64,000 nt of DNA. Origin: Solirubrobacteraceae bacterium (lineage in GTDB: Bacteria > Actinomycetota > Thermoleophilia > Solirubrobacterales > Solirubrobacteraceae). The position numbers and the translations under genes are program-made. This document shows positions 53,848 through 63,735 of this stretch, one piece after another. Below the pieces are notes generated by a model, which was not told the origin of the DNA, made no database searches, and saw only the letters and a program-made list of their open reading frames with translations. The stretch is from positions 2,219-66,218 of the forward strand of contig DASZKP010000068.1 of NCBI GenBank assembly GCA_035553395.1. Reading direction: 5' to 3'. The first letter of the stretch is position 1; the number at the start of each line of letters is the position of its first letter.

Positions 53848-55347
53848 TCAGGCGGCGGTGAAGAGGTCGATCGTCCCGGTCAGGAGATGGTCGTTGGCGT
53901 TGCCCTCGGGCTCGATGACGTGTCCGTCGACGACGATCGGGCTGTTCCAGTGGCCGGGTCTGCCGGGCAGCTTGGCGATCGGCTGGGACGAGGATGGCGC
54001 GTAGACGTCGATCCCGCCGGCGCGAGGGTCGTAGACGTAGAGCAGGCCGCCGGCGAGGATGGGGCTCGTGCCGGGGGTCGCGTTCGACCAGGTCGGGTCG
54101 AGGCGGCCGCCGGCGACGGTGTAGGCGGCGGTGCCGGAGAAGTCGGCGACGAACACCGATGTCCGGCCGTCGTGGGTCCAGATCGCCGGCTGGGTGAACG
54201 GCTGGGCGTCGCCGGGGGTCGGCAGGGTCTGGAGCTCGCCGCCGAGCGCCTCGGGCTGGGGCGCGGGCCGGCCGTCGAGCCTGGCGAGGTCGAGGATCCG
54301 CATGATCGCGTCCTTGCCGGCGATGAGAACCCGGTCGTGTCCGAGCAGGGCGGGCGCGGTCGAGCCGAGGTCGAGGTCGTTTGCGTTGAGCATCGCCTGG
54401 TCGGTCGGCGTGTACGCCTGGCGGACGCGCAGGCCGGGAAAGGTCAGCTCGATCAGGCTGTCGCCGAAGTCGGTCGTCCCGTTCCAGCTGCCGTTGCCCG
54501 TGTCGATCAGGAGACGGGCGCCGCCGGGCTCGACGACGGCGCCGCCGCGCGAGAGGATCGCCGAGTCGCTCTGGCCGCAGGTCGTCGGGAGGATCAGGGA
54601 CCGGCGATCGGCGCAGAGCGTGTTGAAGACGCCGGCGAGCCGGCCGGTGGCCCGGACGATCAGGGCGACGTGGCCCTGGTAGGTCGGAGTGTCGCCGTAG
54701 TAGCCGCTGGTCGTCGCGATCACGTCGGGCCCGTCGACGTTCAGGGCCGAGCCGAGCTTCTCGCGGGTCGGGTCGCGGGTGACCCGGACCGGCCAGGCAC
54801 CGGCGCGGTCCTCGTGGCCGTCGGAGATCAGGAGCTTGTGGATCAGGCCGTTGGGAGATGCGGCATAGACGAAGCGACGGTCGGGGTCGGCGATCGGGCT
54901 GGAGTTGGTGAGCTCGGGGGTCCCGGCCCAGGTGGCGTAGCCGGTCGGCGTGAACGTCCAGAGCGACCGCCCGGTGGTCGGGTCGATCGCGATCGTCTTG
55001 CCGTAGCTCGTCGTGACCACGACGACGTCCTGGGAGACTCGACCGACGCGGACGTCGTGGAGGTAGATCGGCGAGGAGTCGACCGTTCCGGGAAGCGAGA
55101 TCCGCCGATCGGTCATCCGTGCGAGGCCGGCGGGGGTGACGCCGGTCGGCTGGCTGGTGGCGTCCACGCGCTGTGGGTTCAGGCCGAACTCCGGCCAGTC
55201 GGTGAGCCGGCTTCCGGTCGTGGACACGGCCGCCCGGGCCGGGCCGGCCGCGACGGAGTTGTCGGCGACCGTGGCCGCGCCGCCGCATGAGCAGGGCACG
55301 GCCAGGCCGAGGGCGAGTGCGACCGCCCGAAGCGTTCGCCGGGTCAT
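53848..55347 (-). CDS. PQQ-like beta-propeller repeat lipoprotein
   Basis: Signal peptide with lipobox LAVPC, then repeated beta-strand/Gly-Asp turns ([38 protein letters not shown]). Confidence 0.75.
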   Translation of the reverse strand: MTRRTLRAVALALGLAVPCSCGGAATVADNSVAAGPARAAVSTTGSRLTDWPEFGLNPQRVDATSQPTGVTPAGLARMTDRRISLPGTVDSSPIYLHDVRVGRVSQDVVVVTTSYGKTIAIDPTTGRSLWTFTPTGYATWAGTPELTNSSPIADPDRRFVYAASPNGLIHKLLISDGHEDRAGAWPVRVTRDPTREKLGSALNVDGPDVIATTSGYYGDTPTYQGHVALIVRATGRLAGVFNTLCADRRSLILPTTCGQSDSAILSRGGAVVEPGGARLLIDTGNGSWNGTTDFGDSLIELTFPGLRVRQAYTPTDQAMLNANDLDLGSTAPALLGHDRVLIAGKDAIMRILDLARLDGRPAPQPEALGGELQTLPTPGDAQPFTQPAIWTHDGRTSVFVADFSGTAAYTVAGGRLDPTWSNATPGTSPILAGGLLYVYDPRAGGIDVYAPSSSQPIAKLPGRPGHWNSPIVVDGHVIEPEGNANDHLLTGTIDLFTAA

Positions 55348-55368
55348 GGGAGCCATCATCGCACGGGC

Positions 55369-55374
55369 GATACT
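55369..55374 (+). promoter_or_regulatory. -10-like box GATACT, 7 nt upstream of GTG 55382
   Basis: GATACT, then tggttct, then GTG ATG. Confidence 0.4.
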
Positions 55375-55381
55375 TGGTTCT

Positions 55382-56242
55382 GTGATGACCACGCGCGGAG
55401 TGATCACGAGGGTTCTCAGCGTGGCCGGGTCGGACTCGGGCGGCGGCGCGGGGATCCAGGCGGATCTCAAGGCGTTCGCGCGGTGCGGGGTCCACGGGAT
55501 GACGGCGGTGACGGCCGTGACGGCGCAGAACACGCGGGGCGTGATCTCGATCCATGGGGTTCCGCCGGAGGTGATCGTCGCGCAGATCGAGGCCGTCGTC
55601 AGGGATATCGGGGTCGACGCGGTCAAGGTCGGCATGCTCGGCAGCCGGGCGGCGGTCGTCGCGGTGGCGGGCGCGGTCGACAAGCTCGCGGCGCAACGCG
55701 TGCCGATCGTCGTCGATCCGGTCCTCGTCGCATCGACCGGGACCCGGCTGCTGGGCGTCGACGGACTCGACGCGCTCCGCGAGCTGCTGCTCCCGCTCGC
55801 GACGGTCCTCACGCCGAACCTTCCGGAGGCGCGCACGCTCGTCGAGTCGGCCGGTCGACGGTCGACGGACGCGGCCGAGGAACTCGACGACGCCGGCCTA
55901 GCCCGGGCGCTGGGCAGCATGGGTCCGGCGTACGTCGTGCTGACCGGCGGGCACCGGGTCGTGGCGAGCGACCTCTACTGGGACGGGGAGACTGTGGTCG
56001 AGATCCCCGGGGAGCGCCACCCGGGAGGGAGCGCCCACGGGTCGGGCTGCACGCATTCGGCCGTGCTTGCGGCCGAGCTCGGCCGCGGCCGGTCGGTGCT
56101 CGAGGCGGCGCGGATCGCGCGTGCGTTGACCGCCGACGCGGTCGGCCGGGGACTGGGGGAGCTGGGCGGCGGCGACGGACCTGTCGACGTGCTCGGCCTG
56201 ACCGGCCCGACCGATCCCGGCCGGGCCGATCGTTTGCCATAA
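55382..56242 (+). CDS. thiD: hydroxymethylpyrimidine/phosphomethylpyrimidine kinase
   Basis: [22 protein letters not shown]...KVGML...[14 protein letters not shown]. Confidence 0.9.
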   Translation: MMTTRGVITRVLSVAGSDSGGGAGIQADLKAFARCGVHGMTAVTAVTAQNTRGVISIHGVPPEVIVAQIEAVVRDIGVDAVKVGMLGSRAAVVAVAGAVDKLAAQRVPIVVDPVLVASTGTRLLGVDGLDALRELLLPLATVLTPNLPEARTLVESAGRRSTDAAEELDDAGLARALGSMGPAYVVLTGGHRVVASDLYWDGETVVEIPGERHPGGSAHGSGCTHSAVLAAELGRGRSVLEAARIARALTADAVGRGLGELGGGDGPVDVLGLTGPTDPGRADRLP

Positions 56243-56243
56243 T
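56238..56243 (+). promoter_or_regulatory. -10-like box CATAAT (contains the thiD TAA), 6 nt upstream of ATG 56250
   Basis: CATAAT, then cgggcg, then ATG. Confidence 0.4.
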
Positions 56244-56249
56244 CGGGCG

Positions 56250-56501
56250 ATGCGGTTGCTGCGGATGAAGCCAGGACACGGTGAGGTCGTGATCGCCGAG
56301 GGAGACGTCGAGGTTCCGGCGCAGGAGCAGGAGCTGGTCGAGGCGTTTCGGGCCCAATTGGATGCCGGGATGTGGGCTGCGGTCCCGACGACGGGGTCCG
56401 GCGGACGTCGCGAAGCAGAGCTGGTTCGCAGCTTCGAGGAGGTGCCACGCGACGCAGAGCGCGTGATCTTCTTCCCTCGGGCCGCGGGCGGCGGATGCTG
56501 A
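56250..56501 (+). CDS. hypothetical protein (83 aa)
   Basis: Clean ORF in an otherwise unassigned gap. I recognise no motif. Confidence 0.5.
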   Translation: MRLLRMKPGHGEVVIAEGDVEVPAQEQELVEAFRAQLDAGMWAAVPTTGSGGRREAELVRSFEEVPRDAERVIFFPRAAGGGC

Positions 56502-56516
56502 ACCGCGGGTAGCCGC

Positions 56517-57137
56517 GTGATCCTCGCGCTATCGGCGTGTGTCGTCGTCGTCGTCGCCCTGCTGTGGGAGGTGATCGCCCCGCAGCTCGCGCTCTGGCGG
56601 TCCCGCCGGCGAGCCGGACGGCGGCGAGTCGGCAGCGTCGTCGAATACGACCCGGGTCGGGAGCGGCGGGCCGAGCAACGGGCGCGGAACCTGGTGCGGT
56701 CGTGCGTCAACGACGAGGAGTGGGCGATGTACCGGGACCTCGGGTTCCTCCGCGTCTGGGGGCGCTGCGCGCGAGGCCCGGGAGACGGGGAGGGCGAGAG
56801 CCGGCGGGGGGCGCCGTACGCGTACCTGATCTACCCGCACAAGCCGATCATCGCGTTCGTTCCGCAGACCGGGCAGCTGCTCAGCGAGTACTGCGTCGAG
56901 TTCCCCGACCTCGATCGCCCGTACGGGAGCGCTCGGCTGCCGGATTCCGACGACGTCCTCGCGAAGTGGATGGCCCTGACCGGGGACGAGCGGCGGCTGA
57001 TCGCGAGCGCGAACATGCACCTTCCCGGGCGTCAGGTCGACCCCGTCGCCGTCCGCCGGGACCTCTGGCGCCTCGGACGGTGGGAGCAGGCCCGCCTCCA
57101 GCGGGAGCAGACCGACGCCGGTAGTGTCTCGGCGTAG
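56517..57137 (+). CDS. hypothetical membrane-anchored protein (206 aa)
   Basis: N-terminal TM helix (ILALSACVVVVVALLW), then an Arg-rich stretch and a globular region I do not recognise. The stop overlaps the ilvD GTG by 1 nt. Confidence 0.55.
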   Translation: MILALSACVVVVVALLWEVIAPQLALWRSRRRAGRRRVGSVVEYDPGRERRAEQRARNLVRSCVNDEEWAMYRDLGFLRVWGRCARGPGDGEGESRRGAPYAYLIYPHKPIIAFVPQTGQLLSEYCVEFPDLDRPYGSARLPDSDDVLAKWMALTGDERRLIASANMHLPGRQVDPVAVRRDLWRLGRWEQARLQREQTDAGSVSA

Positions 57138-58819
57138 TGGCGACCACGGGATTCGACGTCAAGCATCGCAGCCGGGCCCTCACCGAAGGGCCCGAGCGTG
57201 CGCCGGCGCGCGCCTACCTCAAGGGGATCGGCTTCGACGACGAGGCCCTGTCCAAGCCGATCATCGGCGTCGCGTCGACGTGGATCGAGACGATGCCATG
57301 CAACTTCCACCTCCGGGCGCTGGCCGCCAAGGTCAAGGACGGGATTCGCGAGGCCGGCGGGACTCCGATGGAGTTCAACACGATCGCGATCTCCGACGGG
57401 ATCACGATGGGCACGTCAGGGATGAAGACGTCCCTCGTCTCCCGTGAGGTGATCGCCGACTCGATCGAGCTCGTCGGCCGCGGGCACCTCTTCGACGCGG
57501 TGATCGCCCTCGCAGGGTGCGACAAGACGATCCCCGGGGCCGTCATGGCCCTCGCCAGGCTCGACGTGCCCGCCGTCCTCCTCTACGGCGGGTCGATCCC
57601 ACCGGGAACGTGGAGGGGCAGGGACGTCACGATCCAGGACGTCTTCGAGGCGGTCGGGGCCCACGCCGCCGGGAAGATCACCGACGCCGAGCTGGCCGAG
57701 CTCGAGGCGGTCGCCTCGCCGGGAGCCGGGGCGTGTGGGGGCCAGTTCACCGCGAACACGATGGCGATGGCCTTCGAGATGCTCGGCATCGCCCCGATCG
57801 GCGACTCCCTCGTCCCCGCCCAGGACGCGACAAAGGCGGCCGTTGCCCACAGTGCCGGCAAGCTCGTCGTCGACGTGCTCCGCCGGGGCCTGCTCCCGTC
57901 ACACCTGATCACGCGGGATTCGCTCGAGAACGCGATCACGGCGATCGCGGCGAGCGGCGGATCGACGAACGGCGTGCTCCACCTGCTCGCACTTGCCCGG
58001 GAGGCCGGCGTCGAGCTGTCGATCGACGACTTCGACCGGATCAGCGAGCAGACGCCGCTGCTCTGCGACCTCAAGCCAGGCGGCCGCTACGTCGCCGTCG
58101 ATCTCTACCGGGCGGGTGGCGTCGCCGTCCTCGCCGGCCGCCTCCACGAAGCGGGCCTGCTCCACGGTGACGCCCCGACGGTCACGGGAAAGACGCTCGG
58201 CGAGATCGCCGACGCCGCGGTCGAGGCGCCCGGCCAGGACGTCGTCCGGCAGCTCACCAACCCGATCAAGCCGACCGGCGGCCTGGCGATCCTCAAGGGC
58301 AACCTCGCTCCCGACGGATGCGTCGTCAAGCTGGCCGGCCACGAGCGGCGCCTTCACGCGGGGCCGGCGCGCGTCTTCGAAGGCGAGGAGGCGGCGATGC
58401 ACGCCGTCACCCAGGGCGAGATCCGCGCCGGCGATGTCGTCGTGATTCGCAACGAGGGACCGGTCGGCGGGCCCGGGATGCGCGAGATGCTCGGGGTCAC
58501 GGCGGCGCTCAACGGGACCGGCCTGGGCGAGCACGTCGCCCTGATGACCGATGGCCGGTTCTCCGGCGCGACGCACGGTTTCATGGCGGGTCACGTCGCC
58601 CCCGAGGCGGCTCGCGGAGGTCCGATCGCGGCGGTCCGCGACGGCGACGTCGTGACGATCGACGTCGACGCCAGACGCCTGGACGTCGCGCTCGACGACG
58701 CGGAGATCGCCGCCCGGATCGCGGCCTACGAATCCCCGGCGAACCCGGATCTGACCGGCGTGCTCAAGAAGTACGCCCGCCAGGTCGGGAGCGCGGCCGA
58801 GGGCGCAGTGACGATCTGA
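57137..58819 (+). CDS. ilvD: dihydroxy-acid dehydratase
   Basis: PCNFHL...CDKTIPG...GGSTNG...TDGRFSG. Confidence 0.93.
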   Translation: MATTGFDVKHRSRALTEGPERAPARAYLKGIGFDDEALSKPIIGVASTWIETMPCNFHLRALAAKVKDGIREAGGTPMEFNTIAISDGITMGTSGMKTSLVSREVIADSIELVGRGHLFDAVIALAGCDKTIPGAVMALARLDVPAVLLYGGSIPPGTWRGRDVTIQDVFEAVGAHAAGKITDAELAELEAVASPGAGACGGQFTANTMAMAFEMLGIAPIGDSLVPAQDATKAAVAHSAGKLVVDVLRRGLLPSHLITRDSLENAITAIAASGGSTNGVLHLLALAREAGVELSIDDFDRISEQTPLLCDLKPGGRYVAVDLYRAGGVAVLAGRLHEAGLLHGDAPTVTGKTLGEIADAAVEAPGQDVVRQLTNPIKPTGGLAILKGNLAPDGCVVKLAGHERRLHAGPARVFEGEEAAMHAVTQGEIRAGDVVVIRNEGPVGGPGMREMLGVTAALNGTGLGEHVALMTDGRFSGATHGFMAGHVAPEAARGGPIAAVRDGDVVTIDVDARRLDVALDDAEIAARIAAYESPANPDLTGVLKKYARQVGSAAEGAVTI

Positions 58820-58921
58820 GCGACCGTGGCCGGCCGCCAAGCCGCCGCCGGGGGGAATCGGCGCTCCGGCCGACGTTCGTCCACGAGGACCGGCGTCAGG
58901 CGGGGGAGCGCCGCAGTCGGG

Positions 58922-58927
58922 TAGAGT
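58922..58927 (+). promoter_or_regulatory. -10-like box TAGAGT upstream of the sigma factor gene (leadered; SD GGGAGGGA)
   Basis: TAGAGT 58922-58927; GTG start at 58995. Confidence 0.3.
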
Positions 58928-58994
58928 CGGGGGCTCGCGTGGAGGCTACACAAGCAGTCTCAAGCGAGCGTGAGGACGTTGCCCGGGAGGGACT

Positions 58995-59771
58995 GTGCAG
59001 ACCAACGTGAAAGCAGTCGAGCTCCGCGACCTCTGGCGTCGTTACAAGACGAACGGTGATCAGCGGGCGCGCGAGCGCCTCGTCGTCGCCTATTCGCCGC
59101 TGGTCAAGTACGTCGCCGGCCGGATGGCGACCGGCCTGCCTGCTCATGTCGAGGAGGCCGATCTGATCTCCTACGGCCTGGTCGGCCTGATCAATGCGAT
59201 CGAGCGCTTCGACCTGTCGCGGGAGATCCGCTTCGAGACGTACGCGATCACCCGGGTCAGGGGGGCGATCCTCGACGAGCTGCGAGCGCTCGACTGGGTG
59301 CCCCGATCGGTCCGGGCGCGTGCCCGTGAGATCGAGCGGGCGCACGCCAAGCTCGAGGCCAAGCTCCATCGGGTTCCAACCGACGAGGAGATCGCCGGGG
59401 AGATCGGGCTGACCGTCGACGAGTTGAACGACGCCCTCCTGGCGATCGCGAACTCGTCGGTGACCGCGCTCGACGAGCTGTGGGCGGTGTCGGATGCGAG
59501 CGGCGACAGCGTGTCCCTGCTCGACACGCTCCCCGATCGCAACGCCGAGGATCCCGAGCAGGTCGTCGACGCGAACGAGCTCAAGGACCGCATCGCCGAC
59601 GCGATCTCCCGGCTGCCGGAGCGGGAGAAGCTGGTGATCGCCCTGTACTACTACGAGAACCTGATGCTCCGGGAGATCGGCGAGATCCTCGGGGTGACCG
59701 AATCGCGGGTCTCCCAGCTGCACACGAAGGCCGTCCTGCGACTCCGGTCGCGGCTCGCCCCCAGCGACTGA
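58995..59771 (+). CDS. RNA polymerase sigma factor, FliA/WhiG (sigma-28) family
   Basis: Region 2 (DLISYGLVGLINAIERFD...FETYAITRVRGAI), region 3, and region 4 (LREIGEILGVTESRVSQLHTKAV). Confidence 0.9.
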   Translation: MQTNVKAVELRDLWRRYKTNGDQRARERLVVAYSPLVKYVAGRMATGLPAHVEEADLISYGLVGLINAIERFDLSREIRFETYAITRVRGAILDELRALDWVPRSVRARAREIERAHAKLEAKLHRVPTDEEIAGEIGLTVDELNDALLAIANSSVTALDELWAVSDASGDSVSLLDTLPDRNAEDPEQVVDANELKDRIADAISRLPEREKLVIALYYYENLMLREIGEILGVTESRVSQLHTKAVLRLRSRLAPSD

Positions 59772-59795
59772 CCCGCGGCCCCAGCCGCGGTCCCG

Positions 59796-60030
59796 CCGGG
59801 CGTCGGCACCGGCGTCGCAGCGGCGTCACACGGGCGCCGGCACCGACCTACACAGGCGTCGGCAGCGACCTCGCACGGGCGTCCGCACCGACCTACACGG
59901 GCGTCGGCGGCGACCTCGCACGGGCGTCCGCAGCGACCTCACTCGGGCGCCGACACCTGCGTCACGCGGGCGTCGGCACCGGAGTCACGCGGGCGTCGAC
60001 ATACGTTTCACACGGGCGTTCGCGCACGCG
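59796..60030 (+). repeat. ~10 degenerate tandem copies of a 22-24 nt unit (CACGGGCGTCGGCACCGACCT-like)
   Basis: The core acgggcg recurs at ~59828, 59851, 59874, 59896, 59919, 59941, 59963, 59986 and 60010. Confidence 0.85.
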
Positions 60031-60065
60031 GTATCGTCGGTCGTTCCCCGACGAGAGGAGTTGCC

Positions 60066-62135
60066 ATGCGTTACAGCGCGGATCGGATTCGCAACGTCGC
60101 GCTGGTCGGCCATCGCGGCGCCGGCAAGACCTCCCTGGACGAAGCGCTCCTCTTCGAGGCGGGCGCGATCGACCGTCTCGGCAGCGTCGTCGACGGGGCG
60201 ACCAGCTCGGATTCCGACCCTGACGAGCAGGCCCGGCAGATGTCGATCTCGGCGGCCCTGCACTCGTTCGAGTGGGCCGGCCGGAAGATCAACCTGATCG
60301 ACACGCCGGGGGATCCGAGCTTCGTCGCCGACGCGCTCGGCGGCCTGCGGGTCTGCGAGTCGGCCGTCTTCGTGGTCAACGGCGTGATGGGCGCCGAGGT
60401 CACCACCCAGCGACTCTGGCGCCGGGCGGCCGAGCTTGATCTGGCGAGGATGATCTACGTCAACATGCTCGACCGCGAGCGGGCCGACTTCTACCGGACG
60501 CTCGACTCGCTGAAGGCCGCGTTCGGCCAGCACGTCGTCGCCACGGAGATACCTGTCGGCGCCGAGCACGAGATCTCCGGGGTGGTCGACCTCGTCGACA
60601 TGAAGTGCTACCTCTATCCGCAGGCCGGACGCGCCAACGCCGTCGAGGCGCCGATTCCCGAGGACCTCATGGACCGGGCCGTCGAGTACCGGGAGAAGCT
60701 GATGGACGAGGTCGCCGAGGTCTCCGACTCGCTGATGGAGCGCTACCTCGAGGGAGTCGAGATCTCCCATCAGGAGATCGTCGACGCCCTCAAGGAGGGC
60801 ACGAACCACGGGTCGATCTTCCCGGTCGTCTGCGGCGTCGCGACCCGCAACCTCGGGACCAACCGCCTGCTCGACGCGATCGTCGAGGACCTTCCGTCGC
60901 CGGTCAAGCACGGGCCGCTCGAGCTGCCTGAGATCACCCTCGAGCCGGTCGAGGACCGCGAGCTGTTCGCCTACGTCTTCAAGACCCGGGCCGACTCGTT
61001 CGCCGGTCGGATCAACCTGTTCCGCGTTTACCAGGGGGCTCTGCGGCGTGACACGCAGCTGCTGAACACGCGGACGCACACCAAGGAGCGGATCGGCCAG
61101 TTGACGGTGTTCACGGGTAAGGGGACGTCGTCGGCCGACGAGTTCGGCCCGGGCGACATCGGCGCCGTCGCGAAGCTCAAGGAGACCCGGGCCGGCGACT
61201 GGCTGGCCGGCCGGGACGAGCCGATCGTGATGCCCGAGATCAAGCTCCCGGCGCCGGTCATGGCGTTCGCGATCGAGGCGAAGTCGAAGGGCGACGAGGA
61301 CAAGGTCTTCAGCTCGCTCCGCCGCCTCCAGGAGGAGGATCCGACGATCGACCTGCACCGGGATGCGCAGACCGGCGAGCAGATCGTCGCCGGCCTGTCG
61401 CAGATCCACGTCGAGGTCGTGATCGACCGGCTGCGGTCGCGCTTCGGCGCCGAGGTCACCCTCAAGCCGCCGCGGGTGCCCTACCAGGAGACGATCCGCA
61501 GGAAGGCCAAGGCCCACGGACGCCACAAGAAGCAGTCCGGTGGGCGCGGCCAGTTCGGCGACTGCCACATCGAGATCGAGCCGCTCGACCCGGGCGGGGG
61601 CTTCGAGTTCGTCGACAGGATCAAGGGCGGGGTGATCCCCAACTCGTTCATCCCGGCCGTCGAGAAGGGCGTCCTCGAGGCGATGGGTCAGGGCGTGCTC
61701 GGCGGGTTCCCGGTCAAGGATGTCCGCGTGACGCTGGTCGACGGGACCTACCACACGGTCGACTCGTCAGAGGTCGCCTTCAAGCTCGCGGGATCGATCG
61801 CGATGCGCAAGGCCCTCGAGCAGGCCGACGCCGTCCTGCTCGAGCCGATCATGCTGGTCACGCTGTCGGTCCCCGAGGCGAGTGTCGGCGACGTGATCGG
61901 CGATCTCAACGGCCGGCGGGGCAGGCCGCAGGGGATGGAGCCGGTCGGTGGGATGACGGAGATCAAGGCCGAGGTGCCGATGGCCGAGATGCTCACGTAC
62001 GCGCCGGATCTGAGGTCGATCACCGGTGGCCAGGGGGACTACACGATGGAGTTCCTGCGCTACGAGGAGCTCCCCGGCCACCTCGCGTCGAAGCTGGCGC
62101 TGGGTGCAACCGAACATGCGGAGATGCGCGTCTGA
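60066..62135 (+). CDS. elongation factor G paralog (EF-G2-like), stand-alone
   Basis: GHRGAGKTS G1, DTPGDPSF G3, and all five EF-G domains. Not in an rpsL-rpsG-fusA context. SD GAGAGGAG; possible -10 TATCGT at 60032-60037. Confidence 0.9.
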   Translation: MRYSADRIRNVALVGHRGAGKTSLDEALLFEAGAIDRLGSVVDGATSSDSDPDEQARQMSISAALHSFEWAGRKINLIDTPGDPSFVADALGGLRVCESAVFVVNGVMGAEVTTQRLWRRAAELDLARMIYVNMLDRERADFYRTLDSLKAAFGQHVVATEIPVGAEHEISGVVDLVDMKCYLYPQAGRANAVEAPIPEDLMDRAVEYREKLMDEVAEVSDSLMERYLEGVEISHQEIVDALKEGTNHGSIFPVVCGVATRNLGTNRLLDAIVEDLPSPVKHGPLELPEITLEPVEDRELFAYVFKTRADSFAGRINLFRVYQGALRRDTQLLNTRTHTKERIGQLTVFTGKGTSSADEFGPGDIGAVAKLKETRAGDWLAGRDEPIVMPEIKLPAPVMAFAIEAKSKGDEDKVFSSLRRLQEEDPTIDLHRDAQTGEQIVAGLSQIHVEVVIDRLRSRFGAEVTLKPPRVPYQETIRRKAKAHGRHKKQSGGRGQFGDCHIEIEPLDPGGGFEFVDRIKGGVIPNSFIPAVEKGVLEAMGQGVLGGFPVKDVRVTLVDGTYHTVDSSEVAFKLAGSIAMRKALEQADAVLLEPIMLVTLSVPEASVGDVIGDLNGRRGRPQGMEPVGGMTEIKAEVPMAEMLTYAPDLRSITGGQGDYTMEFLRYEELPGHLASKLALGATEHAEMRV

Positions 62136-62160
62136 GCCACGCGCTCGATACCCTGACGCC

Positions 62161-62877
62161 GTGCGCAACCGTCAGTTGGACACCAGCCAGGCGCCGATCG
62201 TCTGCGCCGTATGTGCGCGTTCCCTGCTCCGCGGGGAGCACGCGAACATCTTCATCGCCGGCGGCGCCCGCCGCGAGGTCTGCGAGCTCTGCACGACGCG
62301 AGCCGCCCACGAGGGCTGGATCCGCGACGGCGCGGACGCCGCACCCGCGCCGCGTCCGCGCGGGGGCGAGCGGGCTCGGTCGCTGATGGGTCGGGTCCGG
62401 TCGCGGCTGGAGACGACGAGCCATACGACCGAGGACGAGCTCGCCGTCGAGCCGGAGGTCACGCCCCGCCGGGTGATCGGCCGGCCGGCGGGTCGCGGCA
62501 GCGCGAGTCAGGAGCGACGTGACCCGCCACCGGCGACCCGCGAGGTCCACGCGGTGCCGACCAACGCGGAGCTGAAGGTCTCCCGGGCGCTCGAGCTGTT
62601 CAACGCCAGCGAGCATACGAAGACCGTCTCGGGGGTCGCCCGGTCGCTCGGTGCGCCGGACGTCTCGGTGGCCGCCCGGATCGACGACGGCGCGCTCGTC
62701 GAGATCGTCGTCGCCTGGGAGCTGTGCTGGTACCGCTACGAGATCGACCTCGCCGACGAGCCGCACGCCGTCCGCCTGCTCGGTCAGGGCTATGAGCTGA
62801 GCGAGCTCGGCGAAGGGACCGGGCCGGCGAATGCCGTGGCCGACGGTCGGGGGGCGCTTGCACTCAGCGCGGCCTAG
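62161..62877 (+). CDS. hypothetical protein with an N-terminal CxxC...CxxC zinc-ribbon-like motif
   Basis: CAVCARSLLRGEH...VCELCTTRA, a disordered linker, and a C-terminal domain I do not recognise. Confidence 0.55.
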   Translation: MRNRQLDTSQAPIVCAVCARSLLRGEHANIFIAGGARREVCELCTTRAAHEGWIRDGADAAPAPRPRGGERARSLMGRVRSRLETTSHTTEDELAVEPEVTPRRVIGRPAGRGSASQERRDPPPATREVHAVPTNAELKVSRALELFNASEHTKTVSGVARSLGAPDVSVAARIDDGALVEIVVAWELCWYRYEIDLADEPHAVRLLGQGYELSELGEGTGPANAVADGRGALALSAA

Positions 62878-62901
62878 GCGAACGGCTATGCTGGCGCCGC
62901 G

Positions 62902-63123
62902 ATGATCTACTGCGTGGTTCCGCCAGAGCTTGCCGAAGAGCTGTTCGACAAGCTGACCGAGCACTACGCCGGGGATCCGAATGTCACGGTGATCGTCGAC
63001 CAGCGCAAGCGCGAGCGCCGGGATCGTGGGGCGAAGGCGCCGGAGGAGCAGCGCCGGATGGTGCGCGATCGCCGCCGGCGGCGCGTGACCGGAGACCTGC
63101 CGCCCCTCACGGGCGGCGAGTAG
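62902..63123 (+). CDS. hypothetical small protein with an Arg-rich C-terminus (73 aa)
   Basis: TATGCT box 9 nt upstream of ATG 62902. QRKRERRDRG...RDRRRRR tail. Confidence 0.45.
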   Translation: MIYCVVPPELAEELFDKLTEHYAGDPNVTVIVDQRKRERRDRGAKAPEEQRRMVRDRRRRRVTGDLPPLTGGE

Positions 63124-63231
63124 GTCGCCGGCGCGCCTGGTTCTCCGGCCGGGACGGCCGGCGTCGCGGCTCGTCGCGGACGTGCGGGTCGACGGCCGCA
63201 AACGCGACGACGATCGCCTGGTCACGAGTTC

Positions 63232-63645
63232 GTGAAGGTCGTCGTCCACGTCGACGGCGGCTCGCGTGGTAACCCGGGTCCGGCGGCTGCCGGTGCCGTC
63301 GTGCAGACGCCGGACGGCGTGGTTCTCGCGGAGGCGAGTCGGACGCTCGGCCGGGCGTCCAACAACGTCGCCGAGTATCAGGGCCTCCTGCTCGGCCTCG
63401 AGCGGGCGCGCGAGCTGGGCGCGACGGAGGTCGAGGTGATCAACGACTCGGAGCTGATCGCCAAGCAGGTCAACGGCGTCTACAAGGTCAAGCACGCTGA
63501 CATGAAGCCGCTCCATGCCGCGGCACGCGCGGCGCTGCGCGGCTTCGGAGCATGGTCGGTCCGTTCGGTCCCGCGCGCGGAGAACGCCCGCGCCGACGCG
63601 CTCGTCAATGCGGCGCTCGATCGCCTGCGCAAGGACGCCGTCTAG
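63232..63645 (+). CDS. rnhA: ribonuclease HI-type protein
   Basis: VHVDGGSRGNPGPAAAG...NNVAEYQGLLLGLE...INDSELIAKQ...RAENARADALVN (DEDD residues). Confidence 0.85.
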   Translation: MKVVVHVDGGSRGNPGPAAAGAVVQTPDGVVLAEASRTLGRASNNVAEYQGLLLGLERARELGATEVEVINDSELIAKQVNGVYKVKHADMKPLHAAARAALRGFGAWSVRSVPRAENARADALVNAALDRLRKDAV

Positions 63646-63735
63646 TCGCACGGATGCCGGGACGTCCGCGTCGTGCTATGCCGCGACGTCTGGCGACGCG
63701 GATCCCAAGATCGTCGGATCCGAGCCGAGCCGCCC

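Noticed and set aside
59796-60030. Possible CRISPR array (regularly spaced ~23-nt repeats).
   Set aside because: The repeats are directly adjacent and degenerate, with no unique spacers. No cas genes are in the window.
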